32,000 nucleotides of DNA. Origin: Desulfobulbaceae bacterium S3730MH12. Its GTDB lineage: Bacteria; Desulfobacterota; Desulfobulbia; Desulfobulbales; Desulfocapsaceae. Shown piece after piece: positions 1-7,488 of this stretch (position 1 is the first letter of the stretch; each line of letters opens with the position of its first letter). The stretch is taken from NCBI GenBank assembly GCA_001750925.1, contig MAXH01000042.1, positions 1 to 32,000 of the forward strand, written 5' to 3'. The notes under the pieces are model-generated. The model ran no database searches, was not told the origin of the DNA, and saw nothing but the letters and a program-made list of their open reading frames with translations. Position numbers and translations under genes: made by a program.

Positions 1-180
1 GGCAAACTGCTTCTCCCCTGTGAAATAATAGCACCCTTCACAGCGAATATTACACCGATTGCTCATATCATAAGTGGATTCACGCAGGAAGAAAAAGCGG
101 CGAACCTTCTCCCAACGCTCTCTGATCAGCGGATCAGCGATAATATCAGAGAATTTATATTCCTGTTGCCCTGCAGACAT
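1..180 (-). CDS. radical SAM enzyme, N-terminal 60 codons only (gene runs off the left edge)
   Basis: Absent from the ORF track because it is truncated. A reverse-strand ATG at 180..178 abuts the stop codon (183..181) of the upstream ACP gene. My translation is MSAGQQEYKFSDIIADPLIRERWEKVRRFFFLRESTYDMSNRCNIRCEGCYYFTGEKQFA. It contains CNIRCEGC, a CX3CX2C radical-SAM cluster motif. Confidence 0.75.
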   Translation of the reverse strand, partial: MSAGQQEYKFSDIIADPLIRERWEKVRRFFFLRESTYDMSNRCNIRCEGCYYFTGEKQFA

Positions 181-447
181 CTATTCGCTGCTGTTGAGTT
201 TATCGTTGATATACCCGGCAATGATGCGCACTGTAGTCAACCTGGGATAATCATCTTCATCAATCCTCACACCGTACTCATCTCGCAACACCAGAACAAC
301 AGTTGCCAGATCCATGGAATCAATGCCCACCTCGTCAACCAGATCAAGGTCGGCATCAAAGGTCTCGGGTGTTATATCTTCGAGCTTGAGCTCGTCGATG
401 ATAATTTCGGCAATTCGGGTAATGGTCTTGCTCATATCGTTAGCCAT
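181..447 (-). CDS. acyl carrier protein (cluster-specific ACP)
   Basis: 88 aa and acidic, with the phosphopantetheine-attachment motif GIDSMD (DSxD/L-type serine). ACP-like length. Sits 4 nt downstream of the dehydratase gene. Confidence 0.9.
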   Translation of the reverse strand: MANDMSKTITRIAEIIIDELKLEDITPETFDADLDLVDEVGIDSMDLATVVLVLRDEYGVRIDEDDYPRLTTVRIIAGYINDKLNSSE

Positions 448-451
448 GAAC

Positions 452-808
452 TCATACTAGTTTTTTTTGAGTGGAAAACATCCTGCCGGAACAAACCTCT
501 TCATCCCCGGAGGTAATTCTAAATATAAACTGATCTTCTCTACCAGTGCATGTAACCTGGATATCGAGCAACTCCCCCGGCCTTACAATTTTCCTGAACT
601 TTACCCGGCTCAAACCGGTCAAATGCGAAACACCTTGCCCGGAGGTGGCGATAAGATCGACAACCATCTTCAATTGGGCAATTCCAGGCAAAATCGGGTC
701 GTCAGGGAAATGGCCGGAAAACCAGGGAGAACTGCCTGTAGTAGTCACTGATGCTGACATCTTGCCTTCTTTATCGTTCAGCAAATGATCATTAAACAAA
801 AAGTCCAT
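452..808 (-). CDS. FabA/FabZ-like hot-dog beta-hydroxyacyl-ACP dehydratase (short form)
   Basis: Contains GHFPDDPILPG, the FabZ histidine motif HFPxxPxxPG. About 118 aa. It lacks the usual N-terminal LLPHRxP segment. An alternative start at 760 (M17) is preceded by AAGAAGG, so the start is uncertain. Confidence 0.8.
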   Translation of the reverse strand: MDFLFNDHLLNDKEGKMSASVTTTGSSPWFSGHFPDDPILPGIAQLKMVVDLIATSGQGVSHLTGLSRVKFRKIVRPGELLDIQVTCTGREDQFIFRITSGDEEVCSGRMFSTQKKLV

Positions 809-870
809 ATTTAAAGTAGCTGATTTTTACCAGTGTTCCCTCCACGTCACGCACACCAGTACGACGCATG

Positions 871-899
871 TTTATACCATCTGAGCCGAAAATTCACAA
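871..899 (-). promoter_or_regulatory. candidate sigma70-type promoter inside the 130-nt gap upstream of the dehydratase-ACP-rSAM genes
   Basis: On the minus strand: TTGTGA (899..894), a 17-nt spacer, then TATAAA (876..871). By-eye match only. Confidence 0.3.
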
Positions 900-937
900 C
901 AGGTATGTAGACCGACCCATGCCGCATAATACAATGC

Positions 938-1525
938 TCAAAACAGCCGGGGAATAAACATTCCTGTCCGTTGCATATACTCGTCATACACCGAGCCGAA
1001 AAACCGGATATTTTCACGTTCCTCCACCCTGGCACAGGCTGTGAGGAATCCGGAGACAGCAAGAATCAACATACTGGTTAATGGTGTAATGTGTTTTAAA
1101 AAAGCTCCCCAGGCAAGAAAAAGCAGCGAGCTGTACATTGGATGTCGAATATAGCGATAGAGCCCGGTCTCCACAAGATGGGCAGTATTTTCGAAAGAAA
1201 AATTTTCCGGCATATCCTGCCGTTCAGAATAGCCCCCCTCCCTTTTAAACATCAGAAGAGCCTGAATAATAAAGACAATCGAAACAAGGAGAAAAGACCA
1301 GGAGATAAGGTGCTGTGGCGACATCGGCTCAACAAACCAGTAAGGATGATTGAGTAAAACCAGGAGCAGGATCCCTTCAAAAACAAAAAACCGGTAAAAA
1401 CCATGGCTTCCCGGGTTCATCAGAGCCCTCCGGGACAACCAAGTAAAAATCAGGGTACCAAGGCTGAACAGAACAATCCTTATCACGGCAGACTCCTTAA
1501 AATTTGACTCTTTTTTCAAACTCAT
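938..1525 (-). CDS. ICMT/PEMT-family integral-membrane methyltransferase (isoprenylcysteine carboxyl methyltransferase-like)
   Basis: 195 aa and very hydrophobic. Signature LVETGLYRYIRHPMYSS (RHPxY motif). C-terminal EERENIRFFGSVYDEYMQRTGMFIP matches EExxLxxxFGxxYxxY of this family. Overlaps the upstream gene by 29 nt. Confidence 0.85.
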   Translation of the reverse strand: MSLKKESNFKESAVIRIVLFSLGTLIFTWLSRRALMNPGSHGFYRFFVFEGILLLVLLNHPYWFVEPMSPQHLISWSFLLVSIVFIIQALLMFKREGGYSERQDMPENFSFENTAHLVETGLYRYIRHPMYSSLLFLAWGAFLKHITPLTSMLILAVSGFLTACARVEERENIRFFGSVYDEYMQRTGMFIPRLF

Positions 1526-3065
1526 CTGCCCCGAGAATCAATTTTACAGTACTCAAGGATCCCATAATAGTACCGATGATTCCGGGGGCCATTACACTTT
1601 GTCCGGCAAGATATAAGCCTTTCACAGCAGTCCGGTTCAGCAGGGCAGTTGCCAGCATTTGACTGGAGGATCGCAGCACCCCGTAAGCACTTCCTCCCGG
1701 ACTGTTTACCCAGTCCCGTATGGTCAGAGGTGTATAGGTATCAAGAATTTTCAGCCCCTTGAAAGAACCGAACTGTTCCTCCGCCTCCCTGACCAGTTCC
1801 GCAGCATGTTTCTCCTTCCTTTCAAGATAGTCTCCACCTCGATACCCACTTTTTGTCTCCGACCAGGGTGCCCATAACTCATCTTTCCCGGAGGTCAGTA
1901 TCGAAAGGAGAGTAGCATCTTTTTTTTCACTTTTTCGAATTTGATAATATTTTAGATCAACCACATCACCATTATGAGCCACATTGATCTTAAAAACATT
2001 ATAAGGGATTTCCTGATGCATATCAGCATCAAGCCGGACATGGACCGAGAATATACCGTGGGTATCCTGCAGATTGCTAATCCGTTGGCGATACGAAGGT
2101 TTTACATCTCCGCGGGAAAGCATTTTTAAAACAACCTTCGGGTGAACAGCTCCAATAACAGTTCCGGCTGTCAGATCCTCTCCTGATCTTAACTGCAGAC
2201 CGGTTACAACACGGTCCTCAACATTGATCCGGCTCACTTCTTCCCCGACAACTATCCGCCCGCCCAACTCCTTCAATCGCCCGGCAAAAACATCAGCCAT
2301 ATCTGAACCATTTCGTTCCAGACGCCATGAGGATGAAACGTAGGAAGCGAGAGCCATATTGTGATAGTAGGCAGGGCAGTCATTCGGGGGAACACCAATC
2401 CAGCAGGATGGAATGGACAGGACACTTCGCAGCCCCGGCGAACATTGGAGCTCAGTTAAAATTTCACCCAGAGACTGGGATTGATCAAGCAGGGAAAAAT
2501 CGTTATCTGTTGAATAGAGAAAATCCAGCCCATGCAGCTGCCGACCTGCTTGGCGAAGAGGAATGAGCAGCTTTGCTATCTTTTCCTCTTCCCCTGGAAA
2601 AGCCCGGTTAAGGTTCTCTTCATAACCATCCATCCCCTGGGGCAGATCAAAGATCGGCGGACTATTTATAGAGGAGTCAAAGATATACCGGTCGATAACA
2701 CCGTCCTGACCCATTTTTACTACCGGTATGCCCTCACTTACCCCAAGATAATCAAAGAAACTCCTGAGAATTTGCCCCCTGTCAAGCGAACCCAGATAAT
2801 GCACTCCCACACCACACTCAATTCCGTCACGGGTATAACTGCGCAGCAGTCCGCCCGGCCGGAAATTTTTTTCCAGGACGGTAACGTCGATGCCAAGTTT
2901 AGCTAAAATAATTGCAGTGCTGAGGCCACCGACCCCGGAACCTATAATCAGTACCTTGTCAGGCAGGGATGAACAACTTTTCACTATTTGTACCCCGTGA
3001 TTCAAAATAAAACGGAAATTACCGGATGAGATACTCCCACAGCGGTCCGGTATATCCACGATCAT
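1497..3065 (-). CDS. FAD-dependent oxidoreductase of the phytoene desaturase / CrtI / retinol-saturase-like family
   Basis: N-terminal Rossmann dinucleotide motif KVLIIGSGVGGLSTAIILAKLG...LEKN. About 500 aa, typical of COG1233-type amine-oxidase-fold enzymes. C-terminal GLYLAGQSVMAPGIIG. The track ORF extends to 3173 but would overlap the upstream rSAM gene by 155 nt. I chose the ATG at 3065; TTG 3005 and GTG 2984 are also possible. Confidence 0.8.
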   Translation of the reverse strand: MIVDIPDRCGSISSGNFRFILNHGVQIVKSCSSLPDKVLIIGSGVGGLSTAIILAKLGIDVTVLEKNFRPGGLLRSYTRDGIECGVGVHYLGSLDRGQILRSFFDYLGVSEGIPVVKMGQDGVIDRYIFDSSINSPPIFDLPQGMDGYEENLNRAFPGEEEKIAKLLIPLRQAGRQLHGLDFLYSTDNDFSLLDQSQSLGEILTELQCSPGLRSVLSIPSCWIGVPPNDCPAYYHNMALASYVSSSWRLERNGSDMADVFAGRLKELGGRIVVGEEVSRINVEDRVVTGLQLRSGEDLTAGTVIGAVHPKVVLKMLSRGDVKPSYRQRISNLQDTHGIFSVHVRLDADMHQEIPYNVFKINVAHNGDVVDLKYYQIRKSEKKDATLLSILTSGKDELWAPWSETKSGYRGGDYLERKEKHAAELVREAEEQFGSFKGLKILDTYTPLTIRDWVNSPGGSAYGVLRSSSQMLATALLNRTAVKGLYLAGQSVMAPGIIGTIMGSLSTVKLILGADEFEKRVKF

Positions 3066-4362
3066 GCATTCTGCTGACTGTGGCAGCACCCATGGATCCT
3101 CCTGAACCGACAACACAGTTGATTCGATTGCCGACTCTTGTTGAAACAAGATCTTCAATGGCTTCTCGGCCAATATTATCAGCCTGATAAAAAACAGGCT
3201 CCAGCAGATTGGTATCAGTTGTTATCTTTCCCTCGTCAAGTGCGATTGAGTAAAGTGCAGTACGAGGGTAAATCCTGATACCGATGAAAAAAAACAGTAC
3301 TGTCTTCCTGAGATTTTCTATATTATCCAGACTTTCAGTAACCGTAGCAGCTGATTCACCCGGCCCCCCCATAAGAAAATAGTGGGCAGCGTGCAGACCG
3401 GCGTCAATTGCCTGTTGATGAGCGGTAAAAACGTCACCAACTGCAAAGGGTTTATGATACGTTCTCAGCATTGATGCTGACAGAGATTCTGTACCGAATT
3501 CAACATGGGCAAGACCGGAATCCGCCATTTTGGAAAAATAACTGGCTGGATGCCTGACAGGAGCAAAGAACCCTCCCCAGGGGATTGAAACACCGGCAAC
3601 GGTAAAAGCTTTGGCCACCGCAAGGCTGTGATCAATATCTGAATTAAAGGCTGAATCCGTGATAAAAAAATATTTCGCACCGGCACCCTCCAGCTCCAAA
3701 GCCATCTGAGCAACCTTTTCCGGCTCAATCAACCGGTGTTTTCTCCCCTCTATATAAGGATAAGGACAGTATATGCAGTTGAAAGAGCATCCCCTTTTGC
3801 TCTGCAGGTTCAACATCCCCCCTCTATCAAGATAAAAACGGTTATATGACGCATCCTTTTGAAACAGGCGGACACTCTCTCCATACCAGGGCTCCGGTGC
3901 CTGTTTCCCGGTAGGGGAGATCACCCCGGCTATCCTGGCCGGATCAAAACCTTTTTCCACAGCATTAACCAGCAGACTGAACCGTTCCCCCTCACCGACA
4001 ATACCGTAATCGGCCCCAAGAGCGGAGAGAATCTGCTCTGGCATAATAGTGAATCCACTGCCACCGCAGACAATCAGGGCTTTTGAACAAGATCTCAGCC
4101 AGGAGACGAGGGTTTTATACTGATCGATAAAGTGAAGAGAATCTCCTGCTTCAGTATTGTCTATATTACGGCAGGACAACCCGATAATTGCAGGAGAGAA
4201 GTCATGCAGCATCTCTTTAAGGTTTTCAAGCGAGAGTACATTGAGATCAGCAATTCTAACCTCATGCCGGGAAGAAACAGAGCCGGCAACATAATCAAGG
4301 CCTATGGGGTAGACGGGGTAAGGAACAACGAGGGTGTTGGGTGAAATAAGCAGTATGTTCAC
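3019..4362 (-). CDS. B12-binding-domain radical SAM enzyme (class B rSAM), lipid-biosynthesis type
   Basis: The N-terminal region MNILLISPN...IIGLSCR...ALIVCGGSGFT resembles a cobalamin-binding Rossmann-like domain. This is followed by SKRGCSFNCIYCPYP (CX3CX2C). GTG start overlaps the KS-CLF stop (GTGA). Confidence 0.85.
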   Translation of the reverse strand: MNILLISPNTLVVPYPVYPIGLDYVAGSVSSRHEVRIADLNVLSLENLKEMLHDFSPAIIGLSCRNIDNTEAGDSLHFIDQYKTLVSWLRSCSKALIVCGGSGFTIMPEQILSALGADYGIVGEGERFSLLVNAVEKGFDPARIAGVISPTGKQAPEPWYGESVRLFQKDASYNRFYLDRGGMLNLQSKRGCSFNCIYCPYPYIEGRKHRLIEPEKVAQMALELEGAGAKYFFITDSAFNSDIDHSLAVAKAFTVAGVSIPWGGFFAPVRHPASYFSKMADSGLAHVEFGTESLSASMLRTYHKPFAVGDVFTAHQQAIDAGLHAAHYFLMGGPGESAATVTESLDNIENLRKTVLFFFIGIRIYPRTALYSIALDEGKITTDTNLLEPVFYQADNIGREAIEDLVSTRVGNRINCVVGSGGSMGAATVSRMHDRGYTGPLWEYLIR

Positions 4363-6509
4363 AGCCGGGAAAACTCCATTGCTGTAATATACGAACCGAA
4401 CCCGAGCACAAGTATTTTATTCATCCTGCTGTCTATGACAATCTCACTTCGGCCCGTAATACCCCGGGGAACAGCCCCTGTCTCAAAAAAGGAGACGGCA
4501 AGAGCTGCAGCCACAGCAGAAGCGGAGGCAAACTCACCTGTAAGTCTGCGGTAACGGAGAACGGGGGCAGATAATTTTGTTTGCGCCATAAACTGTTCAA
4601 GCTGCAGCTCCCCTTCCCGGCGACTGGCAGCGGGGATACCGGCCAGGATCAGTGCACAGCTGTTCTGTAAAAAGCTAACGCCGCCAAGAGAATCTACCAG
4701 GGCTGCAACTGCTCCGTCGGCCCTGCTGCTTTCGTAGTAGGGAATGGAAATAGAGCAATCGGCTCCCCCGGTTTTTCTGTTTACACAAAAAGCAGCACCA
4801 CCATCGGCAAGGGTTGATCCCTGCTCAATCGAAGGATCAAAAAGTGGCGAGAATATATCATGCCCCTCATCCGCCCCGATAATAACAGCCGGCCCTGCAG
4901 ATTCATCATGCATAAGTTCTGCCGCGAACAGTGCCTGTTCAAAGGAATAGTCTCCACCACTGGTGGTAATATTCGGACCTGTTGCTCCAAACATGATTGC
5001 CACCTGACTGGCAGGCCCGTTATGGACAGAACCGACAAAATCTGTGGGGCTTGGAAACTGCTCTTTGGAGTCCTTAAGGCGAGTCAAAAAGTCGCAGGTT
5101 TCAGAGAGGGCTCCCCAGCCGGTCCCCATAAAGACAGAGTCCGGATTCCCTCTGGCTCCTGCTGCCAGTGACAGCGTTATCCGCGGCAGCCTCTTCAGCC
5201 GGCGTATCAATCGTGGCGGCAGATTCTTTGAAATCATATCCAGTTCAGCTCTCCCGGCAACAGATCCTCCGTCATGCATCCGGGTTATGGAAGCAGCAGT
5301 AGCACCTGCACCGGTCAAACAGGAATATCCATGAATTGCCAGCCCCCGGCGGGATGGCACCTCCACTGGCCCTGAAAATATATCAGCTTTTCCAATGACC
5401 AGGGAACCGTTATTTCCCCCGAAACCAAAAGAGTTGGAAAGAACAGCCCGGACGGGACATTCCAGCGGATCTGACAATGGTGTCAAACCAAGCTCGGGAT
5501 CAACTTCCTGCAGACCTGTATTAGCCGGCAGCAGTCCCCGGGAAAGAATAATGGTGGAGACCACTGCCTCGATGCCTCCGGCAGCTGCCAGGCTGTGACC
5601 GGATGCGCCTTTAATGGAAGAGAGCGGCGGGAGGCTGATAAAAAGTTTGTGCAAAGCCTTGGATTCAGCCAGATCATTATCCGGAGTTCCGGTGCCATGC
5701 AGATTTATATAACTGATATCATCAGGAGAAAGCCCGCCATCAGCGAGAGCATTCTGCATGGCACTGAAGGCCCCCGTACCTTCCGGATGGGGGGCGGCCG
5801 GATGGTAGGCGTCACAGGAAAGCCCGGCCCCAAGGAGTACACCATAAGGGTTTTGCGGTTTCACTGTGGTGAGGAGAAGCAGACCTGCACCCTCAGCCAC
5901 AACCATCCCCTGGCGGTTCCGGTCGAGAGGTTTACAGCCGGAATTATCTACAAGCTGCAGGGAATGAAAACCAAAATAGGTAAGACGGCAGAGAGAATCC
6001 ACTCCACCGGCAAGAACTGCCTCCACCTGCCCCCTGCGCAGCATTTTCAACGCCATACTGATGGCCACAGTACCGGAGGAACATGCAGTGGAAACAGTAA
6101 GAGCGGGACCTGTACAGTTAAGTTCCCGGGCCAGAAAGCTGACAACAGTATTTAACCCATGGTTTCGATACAAATCCTTTTTCTGTTCATTGCTGCGAAG
6201 CAACTCTTCAGTAGTCAGGATACCGCCGGTGGTAGTTCCAATAACAATTGCATCCGGGGAGTGGTTATACCCCTCCATGGCCTGCTGCGCCGCAGTAAGA
6301 GCCAACATGTGAGTCCGCGGCAGCACTGACACCCTCGTCATGCCACCTGCTTCACCAACCGGCAGAGGAGATCCCTGCATCAGGGGAAACAGTTCCAGAG
6401 GTTTAATTGCCGAACGGTTTTCAAGCAGTGTTCTTTCGGTGGCACCAAGCCCCACACCCAGGGGGCTGACTATGCCTGCGCCGCCAATATAAACCTGCCT
6501 CTCTGTCAA
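4359..6509 (-). CDS. fused beta-ketoacyl synthase / chain-length-factor-like protein (KS-CLF in one polypeptide)
   Basis: N-terminal ~395 aa carry KS catalytic motifs: TACSSG (Cys), HGTGT, GHSLAAAG and FGFGGNNGSLVI. The C-terminal ~320 aa are thiolase-like but have no active-site Cys. They carry SPTDFVGSVHNGPASQVAIMFGATGPN, which I associate with APE-type CLF partners. TTG start overlaps the ACP stop (TTGA). Confidence 0.85.
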   Translation of the reverse strand: MTERQVYIGGAGIVSPLGVGLGATERTLLENRSAIKPLELFPLMQGSPLPVGEAGGMTRVSVLPRTHMLALTAAQQAMEGYNHSPDAIVIGTTTGGILTTEELLRSNEQKKDLYRNHGLNTVVSFLARELNCTGPALTVSTACSSGTVAISMALKMLRRGQVEAVLAGGVDSLCRLTYFGFHSLQLVDNSGCKPLDRNRQGMVVAEGAGLLLLTTVKPQNPYGVLLGAGLSCDAYHPAAPHPEGTGAFSAMQNALADGGLSPDDISYINLHGTGTPDNDLAESKALHKLFISLPPLSSIKGASGHSLAAAGGIEAVVSTIILSRGLLPANTGLQEVDPELGLTPLSDPLECPVRAVLSNSFGFGGNNGSLVIGKADIFSGPVEVPSRRGLAIHGYSCLTGAGATAASITRMHDGGSVAGRAELDMISKNLPPRLIRRLKRLPRITLSLAAGARGNPDSVFMGTGWGALSETCDFLTRLKDSKEQFPSPTDFVGSVHNGPASQVAIMFGATGPNITTSGGDYSFEQALFAAELMHDESAGPAVIIGADEGHDIFSPLFDPSIEQGSTLADGGAAFCVNRKTGGADCSISIPYYESSRADGAVAALVDSLGGVSFLQNSCALILAGIPAASRREGELQLEQFMAQTKLSAPVLRYRRLTGEFASASAVAAALAVSFFETGAVPRGITGRSEIVIDSRMNKILVLGFGSYITAMEFSRL

Positions 6510-6772
6510 GACAGTGAACCTGATGAGTTTTTTTCGATATAATCTGCAAGATTAGCCAGTGAGAAGAACACCTTTTCACCAACTTCCTGGTTATTGATAA
6601 CAATGCCATAATCTTTTTCGACCATGACCACCATTTCCAGAACATCGATGGAGTCTATTCCCAGTTCACCACCGACCAGCTGCCCGTTTTCATCAAAATC
6701 CTCAGGGTTCACATCCTGCAGATTCAGGATATCAATCAGTTTTACTTTAAGTTCTGCTATAAGTTCACTCAT
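6506..6772 (-). CDS. acyl carrier protein (first gene of the minus-strand operon)
   Basis: Motif LGIDSIDVLEMV holds the phosphopantetheine serine. From the ATG at 6772 the product is 88 aa and aligns end to end with the other ACP. The track ORF begins at GTG 6808, which remains an alternative start. Confidence 0.85.
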   Translation of the reverse strand: MSELIAELKVKLIDILNLQDVNPEDFDENGQLVGGELGIDSIDVLEMVVMVEKDYGIVINNQEVGEKVFFSLANLADYIEKNSSGSLS

Positions 6773-6787
6773 ATTTTTTACAGTTTG

Positions 6788-6805
6788 GTTTATATGAAAG
6801 TCATG
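6788..6805. repeat. copy 1 of an exact 18-nt repeat GTTTATATGAAAGTCATG
   Basis: Identical to 30687..30704, read directly from the sequence. Lies just upstream of, or overlapping, the start region of the first minus-strand ACP gene. Confidence 0.9.
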
Positions 6806-6808
6806 CAC

Positions 6809-7047
6809 GAATCCGGATCCCGATTATATCCCTTCCATAACAGCAAAGCGGTGTCATCGTAGTGAACGCATTTCATGGGTGTTAAATCAGCAAAAATGGC
6901 AGAATTACGACAACACGACAGCTACCATCCGCTGAAAATTGTACTGACGTTAAATCACGTTGCATATAGTATAATGATCGCATAAATTTGTCATCTGATT
7001 TGGTGGCGATTTTCCTAATAATAGAGTATCAGTGTCGATATATTATC
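6809..7047. promoter_or_regulatory. divergent control region between the two operons of the lipid cluster
   Basis: 239 nt non-coding gap between head-to-head genes. Plus strand: perfect TATAAT at 6970..6975 with CTGACG at 6945..6950 (19-nt spacer), and an alternative TTGCAT 6960..6965 with TAAATT 6983..6988. Minus strand: perfect TATAAT at 6828..6823 with no convincing -35. Confidence 0.5.
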
Positions 7048-7482
7048 ATGAGTAGAATTCCATTTTCCGATCTTACACTTGACGACCTGCTTCCCCATCG
7101 CGAAAACATGATGCTGGTGAAAAAGGTTTTCGAAGTTGACAGCAAACATGCCCGCACACTCTGTCGCCCGGAGAAGTCCTGGCCCATGAGTGATGATAAG
7201 GGAGTCCATCCCCTGATTTTAATAGAGCTGGCGGCACAGACTGCGGGAGTATGCAACGGCTGGGACAGAATACAGACCCAGGGACTTGACTCAGATCAGA
7301 TGGGCTGGCTGGTGGGCATTAAAAAAGCTGAATTTTTTATTGACTGGTTGCCTCTGGGCAGCGACATTATCACCAATGCGGAAAACAGATATAATTTTGA
7401 AAATCTGCGGGTGGTATTCTGTGAACAGACCATGGACAATAAACTTATAGGCAGGATCACACTGCAGCTCTTCCAGGCATAG
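7048..7482 (+). CDS. hot-dog fold 3-hydroxyacyl-ACP dehydratase (APE-type, LLPHR-motif form)
   Basis: N-terminal DDLLPHRENMMLVKKV matches the LPHRxPxLLV motif of FabZ/APE dehydratases. Followed by VHPLILIELAAQTAG (central-helix His/Glu region). The ATG at 7048 was chosen; the track ORF starts at TTG 6988 with an implausible leader. Confidence 0.8.
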   Translation: MSRIPFSDLTLDDLLPHRENMMLVKKVFEVDSKHARTLCRPEKSWPMSDDKGVHPLILIELAAQTAGVCNGWDRIQTQGLDSDQMGWLVGIKKAEFFIDWLPLGSDIITNAENRYNFENLRVVFCEQTMDNKLIGRITLQLFQA

Positions 7483-7488
7483 AACGGA

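Noticed and set aside
166-751. Plus-strand ORFs 166..516 and 467..751 (and 546..788) from the track
   Set aside because: They lie entirely antisense to the motif-supported ACP and FabZ-like genes. Their products are low-complexity with no motifs, so I treat them as shadow ORFs.
3066-3173. Upstream extension of the CrtI-like ORF to 3173
   Set aside because: It would overlap the preceding rSAM gene by 155 nt and adds residues well upstream of the Rossmann fold. A shorter start is preferred, although the exact start is unresolved.
5595-6155. 186-aa plus-strand ORF, and other ORFs antisense to the KS-CLF gene (4744..6312)
   Set aside because: They are antisense to a gene with a full KS catalytic motif set. 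The translations are Gly/Arg/Ser-rich, as expected for the reverse frames of a moderately GC-rich gene.
6890-6915. Sigma54 promoter (TGGCAG-N5-CGAC) in the divergent region, and GGCAC at 23164
   Set aside because: The -12 element (TTGC) is absent at the correct spacing in both cases.
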